NCBI GenBank assembly: GCA_964412585.1
Contig: CAYPPJ010000001.1
Coordinates: 17,995 to 81,994, forward strand
Source: an uncultured Candidatus Saccharibacteria bacterium
GTDB lineage: Bacteria > Patescibacteriota > Minisyncoccia > Phycocordibacterales > PALSA-1337
Length of the DNA: 64,000 nt
Direction of reading: 5' to 3'
Position numbers and translations under genes: made by a program. Position 1 is the first letter of the stretch, and every line of letters begins with the position of its first letter. The notes under the pieces are model-generated. The model searched no databases. It was not told where the DNA came from and saw nothing but the letters and a program-made list of their open reading frames with translations. Below are positions 28,382-37,524 of the stretch, one piece after another.

Positions 28382-28786
28382 ATGCCAAAGAAAACTACCA
28401 GAATTATCTACATTCAAGGGATTACTCTAATAGAGGTGCTTATCTTTACTGTACTCTCATCTTTTCTCATTTCAAATATAATAAACTATTTCTACCTAAT
28501 TCAGTCACAAAATATGAAATTACTTGATCAAATCCACGATGATCAGCGCGGATTTATGGCGACGACAGCTATCATATTACTTGCCATAGGAATTCTCGCA
28601 TTTGTTCTGGTGACAGTTTCTACCGCTTCTGTGTACTCGGATTCGGTGACACGTAGGGAAATGCGGATACAGAAGGGACTCAATAAACAGGCCTGTGCTG
28701 ACACCTCCAAGCTGGTACAGGCTAAGGATTATTTTCTGAATAATGAGGTGGTGTTGAGTGACTTTGATTGTGTTATTCACAAGTAG
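28382..28786 (+). CDS. type IV pilin / pseudopilin
   Basis: Class III signal motif GITLIEVLI right after a short basic leader. Confidence 0.55.
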   Translation: MPKKTTRIIYIQGITLIEVLIFTVLSSFLISNIINYFYLIQSQNMKLLDQIHDDQRGFMATTAIILLAIGILAFVLVTVSTASVYSDSVTRREMRIQKGLNKQACADTSKLVQAKDYFLNNEVVLSDFDCVIHK

Positions 28787-28832
28787 TACATATTTAGTTG
28801 AATTTATTAATTAATAGTATAATTACACACAC

Positions 28833-29384
28833 ATGACATACGTTATTGAACCACATGTAGAAACATATATTGATAAGGCTATCAACAAAGCTCTTATTAA
28901 GTTTGAAAGGGCGACTCATCGAGCGATTGCAAAAAATGAAGTTCAGTCTCAAAAGCGGATTGATCTCGTTGTTGAGAGATTTGAGAAAAAGACTGACTCG
29001 GCAGTAAGTGATTTCCAGAAAAAGACAGATCTGGCTGTTGATGAATTCCAAAAAAGGACCGATTGTGCTGTAGATACTGCTCACCAAAAATTCAAAAAAG
29101 AAGTTGAGCATCATACAGGATTACTACTCGAAAAATTCCAATCAGATCTTAAATTAATGGGTGAAACAGTTGATTTCAAGATACGCGAAACAACCCGAGA
29201 AGTTATTCGCGAAGAGGTGACCCCGCGGTTTGAAATTTTGGAAACAAAACTGGATATGGTTATAGGTGAGATTCGATCTATTAATGGAGGGATGAAAACG
29301 TTTAGGGAGGAAATGCATGCGCTTCGTCTCGATACCAATCGTCATGACAAACGTATTGGTCGTCTAGAACATGCAATAGCCTAA
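28833..29384 (+). CDS. coiled-coil protein with three tandem ~14-aa repeats (FxKKTDxAVxxF)
   Basis: ERFEKKTDSAVSDF / QKKTDLAVDEF / QKRTDCAVDTA. Confidence 0.45.
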   Translation: MTYVIEPHVETYIDKAINKALIKFERATHRAIAKNEVQSQKRIDLVVERFEKKTDSAVSDFQKKTDLAVDEFQKRTDCAVDTAHQKFKKEVEHHTGLLLEKFQSDLKLMGETVDFKIRETTREVIREEVTPRFEILETKLDMVIGEIRSINGGMKTFREEMHALRLDTNRHDKRIGRLEHAIA

Positions 29385-29385
29385 C

Positions 29386-30108
29386 ATGTCATATACCGTC
29401 AAAACTCAAGCCTTTGAAGGTCCGCTCGACCTGCTACTTGACCTGATTGAAAAGCGCAAATTATTTATCAGTGACATTTCTCTTGCTAAGGTCACAGACG
29501 ATTTTATTGCACACGTCCGACAGTTTGAACATCTGCCAATGGGGGAGTCGGCGCACTTTATTCTGGTAGCATCAACATTGCTTCTTATTAAATCGAAATC
29601 GCTGCTACCGGAACTTGCTCTGACTGAAGAGGAGAAGGGTGATATTCAGGACCTTGAGACTCGCCTCAAGATATTCAAACGAATCAAGGAGGCGGGTCAG
29701 CATGTGGGGCGTCTCTTTGGTGTGAAGATGATTTTTGCTCAATCACACGCGCGTCCAGTCAATCCGGTTTTTACGCCCGATCCCTCATGTACACTTGAGA
29801 AAGCATTGTATTCACTCAAGGATCTCATCAACCGTCTGCCCAAAAAAGAAAACCTTCCGAAGCATGTTGTTGAAAAAGTCATCAGTCTCGAAGACATGAT
29901 CGGCAACCTGACGTCGCGCATTACGAGTAGTCTACGTATGAGTTTCAAACAATTTACCGGAGAGCACAAAGGGGAGAAAGTAAACGTTATTGTGAGTTTT
30001 TTGGCCATGCTCGAGCTTGTAAAAGAGGGAGTACTCCACGTAACTCAGGAACGTCACTTTGATGACATCGTGATGGAGACAAAGGAAGTCGGTGTCCCGA
30101 GATATTGA
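29386..30108 (+). CDS. scpA: segregation and condensation protein A
   Basis: N-terminal FEGPLDLLLDLI motif. Confidence 0.7.
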   Translation: MSYTVKTQAFEGPLDLLLDLIEKRKLFISDISLAKVTDDFIAHVRQFEHLPMGESAHFILVASTLLLIKSKSLLPELALTEEEKGDIQDLETRLKIFKRIKEAGQHVGRLFGVKMIFAQSHARPVNPVFTPDPSCTLEKALYSLKDLINRLPKKENLPKHVVEKVISLEDMIGNLTSRITSSLRMSFKQFTGEHKGEKVNVIVSFLAMLELVKEGVLHVTQERHFDDIVMETKEVGVPRY

Positions 30109-30156
30109 CAAAGTATTGATTTAGTTCTATAGTTATCAGGAACAGATCTACTCAAT

Positions 30157-30807
30157 ATGAATGCTATCTTAGCGGCGCTCCTTTGTAGCGCTGGTTGTTT
30201 TGTTGTGGTGGCTATTGGATGCCTCATCTACATGCAGTCGGTTGCTCGCGACGAGAAAAACCGCTTTGTCACAAGTCGTGACAAGCCGTTACTGGTTGCG
30301 GTGCACACCTATTTCTGCAAACACGGCATTGTGCCGAAACGTGGACAATTGACGTTAGGCCAAGGTGTTACCTTTGCTTCACGGCTACACTGTCCGCTGG
30401 TCATGACTATCGGGCACACCATTCCCGGTTCGGTCTCCACTGAAGCTCGCGTGTACATGGACTGGGCGCTCGAGGAATTGCAGGCATATGATGTCCAATT
30501 TATCCTCGGTAGAGACAATTCAGTACGCGAAACAGGCGGCGAAGTTCGAGAAGCTTACTCGATCGCACGGCAGGCAACATCGGGGGTCGTGCTGGTTGTT
30601 GCCTCAGAACCTCATATAGCACGCTGTCGGCTCATTTGGAAGTCTGTGGTGCCTCCCGAGGATTTTCCACGCATATACTTCTGGCCGGTAAAAATCCCCG
30701 CCATATACTGGTTGTGGGAAGTGCTGATGATGTCAGTACACGTGGGTGCCCCTCCAGGCAGCCACCGTCAACGGTTCCTACTCACTGTAGTAGGAAGAAA
30801 ACAATAA
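30157..30807 (+). CDS. hypothetical membrane-anchored protein, possibly DUF218/YdcF-like
   Basis: N-terminal TM helix; weak YdcF-like pattern only. Confidence 0.35.
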   Translation: MNAILAALLCSAGCFVVVAIGCLIYMQSVARDEKNRFVTSRDKPLLVAVHTYFCKHGIVPKRGQLTLGQGVTFASRLHCPLVMTIGHTIPGSVSTEARVYMDWALEELQAYDVQFILGRDNSVRETGGEVREAYSIARQATSGVVLVVASEPHIARCRLIWKSVVPPEDFPRIYFWPVKIPAIYWLWEVLMMSVHVGAPPGSHRQRFLLTVVGRKQ

Positions 30808-30825
30808 CAACAATCCAAGAGTTCG

Positions 30826-30859
30826 AAACAGGCCGCACGCACGTGGCCTGTTTTCTTTT
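30826..30859 (+). terminator. rho-independent terminator
   Basis: Stem AAACAGGCC / GGCCTGTTT, then TCTTTT. Confidence 0.6.
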
Positions 30860-30891
30860 ACCCCGCTTGCTATACCTGATATACTATTCTC

Positions 30892-31467
30892 ATGCCAATT
30901 GCTCAACAACTAGAAGCTATATTATTTTGGAAAGCGGAGCCTATTTCATTCAAAAAGCTTGCGACGCTTTTGAACGTGAGCGCTGATGCCATCACGCAAG
31001 GGCTTGCTGAGCTTGAACAGGTATTGAAAGGTAGGGGACTGACTCTTGTTCGTACAGAGGATGAGGTTATGTTAGGCACCGCGCAGGAACTTTCACCGCT
31101 CATTGAACAGCTGACCAAAGAAGAGCTGAGTCGCGATCTGGGCAAAGCTGGGCTCGAAACACTTTCTATTATTTTGTACCAAGGTCCTATCTCGCGTGCC
31201 GACATTGATTATATTCGCGGGGTCAATTCTCAATTTATTGTGCGCAATTTACTTATACGAGGTTTGATTGAGCGCGTTGATAACCCAAAGGATGCTCGTA
31301 GTTTTTTGTACAAGACAACGTTACAGCTCTTATCACACCTGGGTGTTTCAAAGATTGAGGATTTGCCTGAATATCAACAGGTCAGAAAAGACATAGAAGG
31401 TTTCAAACAATCTCACGTCGAACCTCAACCTACTCCCGATGCAACCAATCAACCAGAGACCAATTGA
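30892..31467 (+). CDS. scpB: segregation and condensation protein B
   Basis: LEAILF...EPIS...L, winged-helix repeats. Confidence 0.7.
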   Translation: MPIAQQLEAILFWKAEPISFKKLATLLNVSADAITQGLAELEQVLKGRGLTLVRTEDEVMLGTAQELSPLIEQLTKEELSRDLGKAGLETLSIILYQGPISRADIDYIRGVNSQFIVRNLLIRGLIERVDNPKDARSFLYKTTLQLLSHLGVSKIEDLPEYQQVRKDIEGFKQSHVEPQPTPDATNQPETN

Positions 31468-32539
31468 TAAATTTTTTCTACTCTCTGTTTCCGCGCTGAC
31501 AATAGTCGGATTCATTGTTTTTTTGTCTGCATCGTTGGGTCTATTGGCACAGGATGGGGCTAGTTTTGGTACAGTTGCGTTGAAGCAAACTATTAGCCTC
31601 GTGATAGGTATTGTGGCTTTTTTCGCTTTTGCAAAAATCAAATATCAATACATTAGAAAGCTGGCTTTTTTTATTTTGATTGGAGCAATCGTGATTAATC
31701 TACTATTGTTTATTCCGGGGCTCGCATTTCATCATGGCGGCGCAGCACGTTGGATCGATCTGTGGCTATTTTCGTTTCAGCCATCGGAATTCCTGAAGAT
31801 TGCATTTATTATATATATGGCAGCGTGGGCTCAGTTTGCCAAGGACAAGATCGAAAAAATGCGCTTTGGTCTGTTCCCATACTTGGTGGTTATGGCCATA
31901 CTGAGTACTCTATTACTGGTTCAGTCTGATACGGATACTCTGATTATTATTGGATTCACTGGCATCGTCATGCTTATTGTTGCTGGACTGCCAATGAGGC
32001 ACATGGTTATAGCTGGTGTTCTCATGCTCGTGCTTGTTGGCGGAGTTATTTGGATTCGGCCTTATGCATTTCAACGCTTTCAGACTTTTTTGAATAATGG
32101 AGCGGATAGTCAGGGAGCAGGATATCAGATCAACCAGTCGTTGATTGCCATCGGGTCCGGTCAATTCAGTGGTCGTGGGTTTGGTCAAAGCGTGCAAAAA
32201 TTTGGCTATTTGCCTGAACCGATAGGGGATTCGATCTTTGCTGTCGGCGCTGAGGAATTTGGTTTTGTAGGCACGATCGCGTTGCTGGCTTTATATATTG
32301 TCTTTGCCGTGAGTGTCTTTCGTGTGGGTACGCGTTCTCCAGATGTATTTGGTGCATTAGTATCTATTGGTATTGCGGTCCTCATTATTACCGAATCATT
32401 TATGAATATGGCGGCAATGATGGGTATTATTCCACTATCTGGATTGCCATTATTATTCATTTCTCATGGAGGTACTGCATTGATTATTGTGTTGGCTGCG
32501 TCGGGGATTGTGGCAAATGTTTCGAAGCATGGTAAATAA
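31439..32539 (+). CDS. SEDS-family peptidoglycan polymerase (FtsW/RodA)
   Basis: About 10 TM helices; conserved PEP loop region and FISHGGT motif. Confidence 0.75.
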   Translation: MQPINQRPIDKFFLLSVSALTIVGFIVFLSASLGLLAQDGASFGTVALKQTISLVIGIVAFFAFAKIKYQYIRKLAFFILIGAIVINLLLFIPGLAFHHGGAARWIDLWLFSFQPSEFLKIAFIIYMAAWAQFAKDKIEKMRFGLFPYLVVMAILSTLLLVQSDTDTLIIIGFTGIVMLIVAGLPMRHMVIAGVLMLVLVGGVIWIRPYAFQRFQTFLNNGADSQGAGYQINQSLIAIGSGQFSGRGFGQSVQKFGYLPEPIGDSIFAVGAEEFGFVGTIALLALYIVFAVSVFRVGTRSPDVFGALVSIGIAVLIITESFMNMAAMMGIIPLSGLPLLFISHGGTALIIVLAASGIVANVSKHGK

Positions 32540-32559
32540 TTATTAGTAATATAATTGAT

Positions 32560-33144
32560 ATGAATAAAAGACTTTTTATAGTTCACGGATGGATGGGCAG
32601 CGCACAAGAGCCATTGATGGTATGGCTCGGGGAACAAGGTAAGATACTTGGTTTTGAAACAACCGTAGTTGAAATGCCAAACCCAACAGTGCCAACCATA
32701 GGTGCCTGGGTCAAGCATCTTGAAGAGGTGGTTATGTATCCAGATGAGAATACTTGTTTTATAGGTCACAGTATCGGCTTTCAGGCGATTCTGCGTTATA
32801 TCCAATCAGCCGATAGTCCAAAGACAGGAAGCATTGTCGGCATTGCGCCGTGGTTTGTGCTTACTGGTATTGATGAAAAAGAAGACCAGGATATTGTCAG
32901 GTCATGGCTCGAAAACCCGATTGACTTTGCAAAACTGAAGAGAATTGTTCCGACAAGTGTTGCAATTTTATCAGATAATGACCCCTTTGTTCCTCTGAAA
33001 GAAAATGAGGAATTGTTTACCAAAAACCTTGCCGCACATATCATAATTGAACAGGGAAAGGGGCATTTTTCTGAGTCTGATGGAGTCGTAGATCTCCCCG
33101 TAATCGTGCCTGAACTAACGCGAATAGCGGGCGAGGCCGTCTAA
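32560..33144 (+). CDS. alpha/beta serine hydrolase (RBBP9/YdeN-like)
   Basis: LFIVHGW...GHSIG nucleophile elbow; about 190 aa. Confidence 0.55.
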   Translation: MNKRLFIVHGWMGSAQEPLMVWLGEQGKILGFETTVVEMPNPTVPTIGAWVKHLEEVVMYPDENTCFIGHSIGFQAILRYIQSADSPKTGSIVGIAPWFVLTGIDEKEDQDIVRSWLENPIDFAKLKRIVPTSVAILSDNDPFVPLKENEELFTKNLAAHIIIEQGKGHFSESDGVVDLPVIVPELTRIAGEAV

Positions 33145-33179
33145 TTGAGTTTACCTCATAGACCAGCTATAATACTCCC

Positions 33180-34313
33180 ATGAAAATTCTATTCAGCGGC
33201 GGAGGAACCGGTGGTCATTTCTATCCTATTATTGCTATTGCACAGGCCTTGAGGGAGCGCGTCAAAGAACGTAAAATTATTCCTCCTCAGTTGTATTTCA
33301 TGGCTCCGAGCAAGTACAATGCTCGCGCACTTTTTGATAACGAATTGGAATACGTTCCCGTATCGGCAGGCAAGATTCGTCGCTATTTTTCGATACTTAA
33401 TATTACCGATCTAATAAAGACATTCTTTGGGTGCATTTCTGCTGTACTCAGTATGTACAGGATCTATCCTGACGTTGTGGTTGGTAAAGGTGGTTACGCA
33501 AGTTTCCCTGCACTGTTTGCCGCTCGATTGTGGAGGATTCCTGTTGTTATCCACGATTCCGATAGCTCGCCAGGTCGAGTCAATCTATGGGCAGGAAAGT
33601 TTGCAAAGCGAATTGCTATTTCATATCCGGAGGCAGCTGCTCATTTTCCAAAGAAGGAGGGCGTGGTTGCCCTGACTGGCTGTCCGATTCGTACAGATGT
33701 TGCACAACCGCTTTCGAATGGTGCTCACGAATATCTTCAGCTTGAACAGAATACGCCCGTTGTTCTTATCCTCGGTGGATCTCAGGGCGCGCAGCATATT
33801 AATGACGCTATTATCCAGGGGTTGCCGGAGCTTCTCAATAAGTACCAGGTTATTCATCAGACTGGTCGCGACAATATTGAAGAGATTAAATCAACCACGG
33901 GCGTCATTTTGAAAGATCACAAGTTCTCGTATCGGTACCATCCGTTTGATTATTTGAATGAATTGGCTCTTCGTATGTCTGCCGGCGTTGCTGATGTTGT
34001 CATCTCTCGCGCGGGCTCGACCATCTTTGAGATAGCAGCCTGGGGTGTCCCGTCCATCATTGTTCCATTACCTACATCGGTTAGTCATGATCAGACCACC
34101 AACGCATTTGCGTATGCTCGAACGGGAGCAGCTTCAGTTATTGAGGAAAATAACTTGAGTGCGCATATTATTATTGAAGAAATTGAGCGTATCAACAATT
34201 CTGCCGTGATCAAAGAAACCATGAAGCAAAGAGCAAAAGAGTTTGCTCGTCTCGATAGTGCCACACTTATAGCTGATGTCATTCTTGACATTGCCCTTGA
34301 GCACGAAAAGTAA
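33180..34313 (+). CDS. murG: undecaprenyldiphospho-muramoylpentapeptide beta-N-acetylglucosaminyltransferase
   Basis: MKILFSGGGTGGHFYP N-terminus; GT-B C-terminal domain. Confidence 0.85.
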   Translation: MKILFSGGGTGGHFYPIIAIAQALRERVKERKIIPPQLYFMAPSKYNARALFDNELEYVPVSAGKIRRYFSILNITDLIKTFFGCISAVLSMYRIYPDVVVGKGGYASFPALFAARLWRIPVVIHDSDSSPGRVNLWAGKFAKRIAISYPEAAAHFPKKEGVVALTGCPIRTDVAQPLSNGAHEYLQLEQNTPVVLILGGSQGAQHINDAIIQGLPELLNKYQVIHQTGRDNIEEIKSTTGVILKDHKFSYRYHPFDYLNELALRMSAGVADVVISRAGSTIFEIAAWGVPSIIVPLPTSVSHDQTTNAFAYARTGAASVIEENNLSAHIIIEEIERINNSAVIKETMKQRAKEFARLDSATLIADVILDIALEHEK

Positions 34314-34440
34314 AAAATAGGGATATTATTTTACCTAGGTGTCAATAAATGACTGCTTGCAAAAGGCATCATTTTGTGTGCTATAATACCAATCTAAAAA
34401 TGTCGTATTTTATAAGCTCGTAACACTATTAATTAACATT

Positions 34441-34947
34441 ATGGAACCATCAACAGGTATCAAGACATGGCAGTGGGTAGTCACCGTCATAGTCATCATT
34501 GTCCTTATCATTGTAGGTATTCTTGTCTTTGGCAATGGCAAAGAGACTACTGAAGAAGGTCTGACTACCGAGACTCCAACAACCGAAACTGTAGCTTCGA
34601 CTGAGGCAAACCGCATAGTCATGAGTGATCAGTTCCCAGGAAACGTTGTATTCCTCTCATCAGTTCAGCTCGCCAATAGCGGCTGGGTTGTGATCCACAA
34701 GGATAACAATGGCGTTCCGGGCGAAATCATCGGATCTCAGTATTTTGAGAAGGGTATCAACACTGGCAAGATCACATTGACCAAGCCGACAGTTGAAGGT
34801 GCATTGTACTACGCTATGCTCCATTCAGATGATGGCGACAAAAAGTTTGACGCCGCAAAGGACCTTCCTCTCAAAAATGCAAAGGGAGATGTTATCATGA
34901 AGCCGTTCCGTGCGTCAGCTGCAGTCGGTGCAGGACTCAAGGGATAA
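34441..34947 (+). CDS. hypothetical N-terminally anchored exported protein
   Basis: TM helix, then Thr/Glu-rich linker; no motif recognised. Confidence 0.4.
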   Translation: MEPSTGIKTWQWVVTVIVIIVLIIVGILVFGNGKETTEEGLTTETPTTETVASTEANRIVMSDQFPGNVVFLSSVQLANSGWVVIHKDNNGVPGEIIGSQYFEKGINTGKITLTKPTVEGALYYAMLHSDDGDKKFDAAKDLPLKNAKGDVIMKPFRASAAVGAGLKG

Positions 34948-34955
34948 TAGATTAG

Positions 34956-35077
34956 AAGCAAGTACGCAAAATACGTGGGATTCGGATACGCGGATACTTT
35001 TCTACTGAAAAGTTCCTATGCTCGGCCTCATCGGCCTCCGCAATGTATCCTCACCCACGTATTTTGCGTACTTGCTT
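34956..35077. repeat. 122-bp element bounded by a perfect 24-bp inverted repeat (AAGCAAGTACGCAAAATACGTGGG / CCCACGTATTTTGCGTACTTGCTT); the 74-bp core has nested hairpins
   Basis: Arms at 34956-34979 and 35054-35077 are exact reverse complements. The core has GGATAC..GTATCC and CTTTTC tact GAAAAG sub-stems. Confidence 0.85.
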
Positions 35078-35100
35078 CGTTACTTGGTATACTTAGTCGC

Positions 35101-36069
35101 ATGAAGAACATTTATATTACTCGTCAGATTCCTGAAATAGCGGTAGAGATGCTGCGTGCAAAAGGATATTCCATAGATATGAATATGAAAGAGGCTGTCC
35201 CTTCCCAGGCCGATATTATTGAGGCCCTACAACGTAAACCATACGATGCAGTTATTACGTTACTCACTGATAAAATTAATTCCAAGATTTTTGACGCAGT
35301 TCCACATATAAAGTTATTTGCTAACTACGCAACTGGTTTTGATAATATAGATATTGTCGAGGCAAAAAAGCGAGGTATTTTGGTGACGAATACACCAGGC
35401 AATTACGCTTATTGTATTGCAGAGCACGCTATAGCCCTCATGATCGGCCTTACAACACGAATGGTCGAAGCAGACTCGTTTGTTCGTGCGGGAAAATATC
35501 AAGGTTGGGATCCGATGTTGTTTGTTGGTACAGATCTTGAAAAGAAAACTCTTGGCCTCATTGGTGCCGGCAGAATAGGGGAAAGAGTCGCTCATCATGC
35601 ATCTCGTGGGTTTGATATGCCTGTGATCTATTATGATGTGGTCAGAAATGAAAAGATTGAAAAAGAGTATGGTGCAAAATATTACCCGAAAGTTGAAGAT
35701 GTCCTCAAGCTTGCCGATGTGGTGAGTTTGCATGTGCCATTACTCGATTCGACCCGACACCTCATCAATGATGCTTGTCTGAAAATGATGAAGCCAGGCG
35801 CCTTTTTGATCAATACAGCCCGCGGCCCAGTTGTCGATGAAAAAGCACTGGTCAAAGCACTTCAGCGCGGAACTATTCGTGGCGCAGGCTTGGATGTCTT
35901 TGAACTTGAACCAAAGCTAGCCGAGGGTCTGGCAGAGCTCCCTAATGTCATTTTGACGCCTCATATAGCATCTGCACGTGAGTCTGCTCGAAATGAGATG
36001 GCAAAAGTGGCTGCAGAAAATGTTATAGAGTTTGTGGAAAAAGGGACGGTAAAAAATCTCGTATATTGA
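35101..36069 (+). CDS. D-isomer-specific 2-hydroxyacid dehydrogenase (glycerate dehydrogenase / hydroxypyruvate reductase-like)
   Basis: NAD-binding GLIGAGRIG, catalytic R/E/H positions; start set at MKNIYIT. Confidence 0.75.
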   Translation: MKNIYITRQIPEIAVEMLRAKGYSIDMNMKEAVPSQADIIEALQRKPYDAVITLLTDKINSKIFDAVPHIKLFANYATGFDNIDIVEAKKRGILVTNTPGNYAYCIAEHAIALMIGLTTRMVEADSFVRAGKYQGWDPMLFVGTDLEKKTLGLIGAGRIGERVAHHASRGFDMPVIYYDVVRNEKIEKEYGAKYYPKVEDVLKLADVVSLHVPLLDSTRHLINDACLKMMKPGAFLINTARGPVVDEKALVKALQRGTIRGAGLDVFELEPKLAEGLAELPNVILTPHIASARESARNEMAKVAAENVIEFVEKGTVKNLVY

Positions 36070-36117
36070 TTTGGGCGAGGATAGGCTTGGTTGGTCGTTT
36101 TCTGCTATACTTATCCC

Positions 36118-37503
36118 ATGACAGTCGTAACCCGATTCGCCCCTTCGCCTACAGGCTATTTCCATGCCGGCTCCTATAGAACGGCGCTTTTTTCGTGGAT
36201 ATATGCTCGTCAGAAAGGTGGCAAATTCATCCTTCGTATTGAGGATACCGACAAGGAGCGCTCCAAGAAGGAATATGAAGAAAATATTGTCGAAAGCCTC
36301 AAATGGCTCGGTCTTGAGTACGATGAGTTCTATCGACAATCAGATCGTACTGAAATATATAAAAAATATATAAAGCAGATGATTGCGTCAGGCCATGCCT
36401 ATGTTTCAACACCGGAACAAGAAGCAACTCGGGCAAAAGAAATGGCCGTAAAGTTTGGCAAAGCGGCAAAACCTGAGAGTGACGAACCGCTCAAATCAGT
36501 CATCCGTTTCAAAAACCCAAATAAGAAAGTTGCGTTTGATGATCTCATTCGCGGAAGAGTTGAGTTTGATACCACTGAGCTCGGTGATTTTGTCATAGCA
36601 AAGAGTGAGGATGAACCCGTCTTCCACCTTGTCGTCGTCATAGATGACCATGAGATGGGCGTGACTCTCATTATTCGTGGCGAAGATCATATTTCGAACA
36701 CACCTCGCCAAATTCTTATTTTTGAAGCAATCGGTGCGCCAGTTCCGCAATATGCACATCTACCATTGTTGTTATCTGCTGACAGGTCAAAGCTTTCCAA
36801 GCGCCATGGGGCAGTCCCGGTGAGTGAATATCGCAGTAGGGGATACCTCCGTGAAGCCATCATCAACTACCTTGCTCTTCTTGGTTGGCACCCGAGTGAT
36901 GACAAAGAGCTGTTGACGTCTGACGAAATTATCAAAGAATTTACTCTCGAACGTGTCCAAAAGAGCGGTGCTATCTTCGATGAAGAAAAACTCAAGTGGT
37001 ACAACCGACAGTACGTTCTCAAGCTTTCTGATGCTGACTTTGCAGAACACGCAAAACCTTTTTTGCCAGAATGGATTGTGCCGAACAGTGAGACATTCAA
37101 AAAACTCATTCCGATTCTGCGTGACAAGATTGTGACCTTTGCAGAAGTTAGTACGATGCTCGGAACAAAAGGCGAACTGGCGTTTGTGCACCGTATAACA
37201 GAATATGCACCCGAGATGCTTCTTTGGAAAAAAAATCCAGACCGAGCAGCAGCATTGCGTCATCTGACAGAAATCCGTACCTTGCTCGTCTCTATTGATG
37301 ATGCCTCATACAATACCGAGTCTATAAAGACGGCAGTCTGGGCGTATGTTGAGGCCAATGGCAAAGGAGATGTTCTATGGCCGCTTCGTGTTGCTATTAC
37401 TGGGCAGGATCGGTCTCCAGATCCATTTGTATCAGCTGCTCTTATAGGCAAAGCAGAATCTCTGAAACGCATTGATACGGCGTGTGCCAGATTATCAGCA
37501 TAA
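36118..37503 (+). CDS. gltX: glutamyl-tRNA synthetase
   Basis: RFAPSPTGYFHAG (HIGH), KLSKRHG (KMSKS). Confidence 0.85.
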   Translation: MTVVTRFAPSPTGYFHAGSYRTALFSWIYARQKGGKFILRIEDTDKERSKKEYEENIVESLKWLGLEYDEFYRQSDRTEIYKKYIKQMIASGHAYVSTPEQEATRAKEMAVKFGKAAKPESDEPLKSVIRFKNPNKKVAFDDLIRGRVEFDTTELGDFVIAKSEDEPVFHLVVVIDDHEMGVTLIIRGEDHISNTPRQILIFEAIGAPVPQYAHLPLLLSADRSKLSKRHGAVPVSEYRSRGYLREAIINYLALLGWHPSDDKELLTSDEIIKEFTLERVQKSGAIFDEEKLKWYNRQYVLKLSDADFAEHAKPFLPEWIVPNSETFKKLIPILRDKIVTFAEVSTMLGTKGELAFVHRITEYAPEMLLWKKNPDRAAALRHLTEIRTLLVSIDDASYNTESIKTAVWAYVEANGKGDVLWPLRVAITGQDRSPDPFVSAALIGKAESLKRIDTACARLSA

Positions 37504-37524
37504 TCTTTTAACTGCATGGTACGG

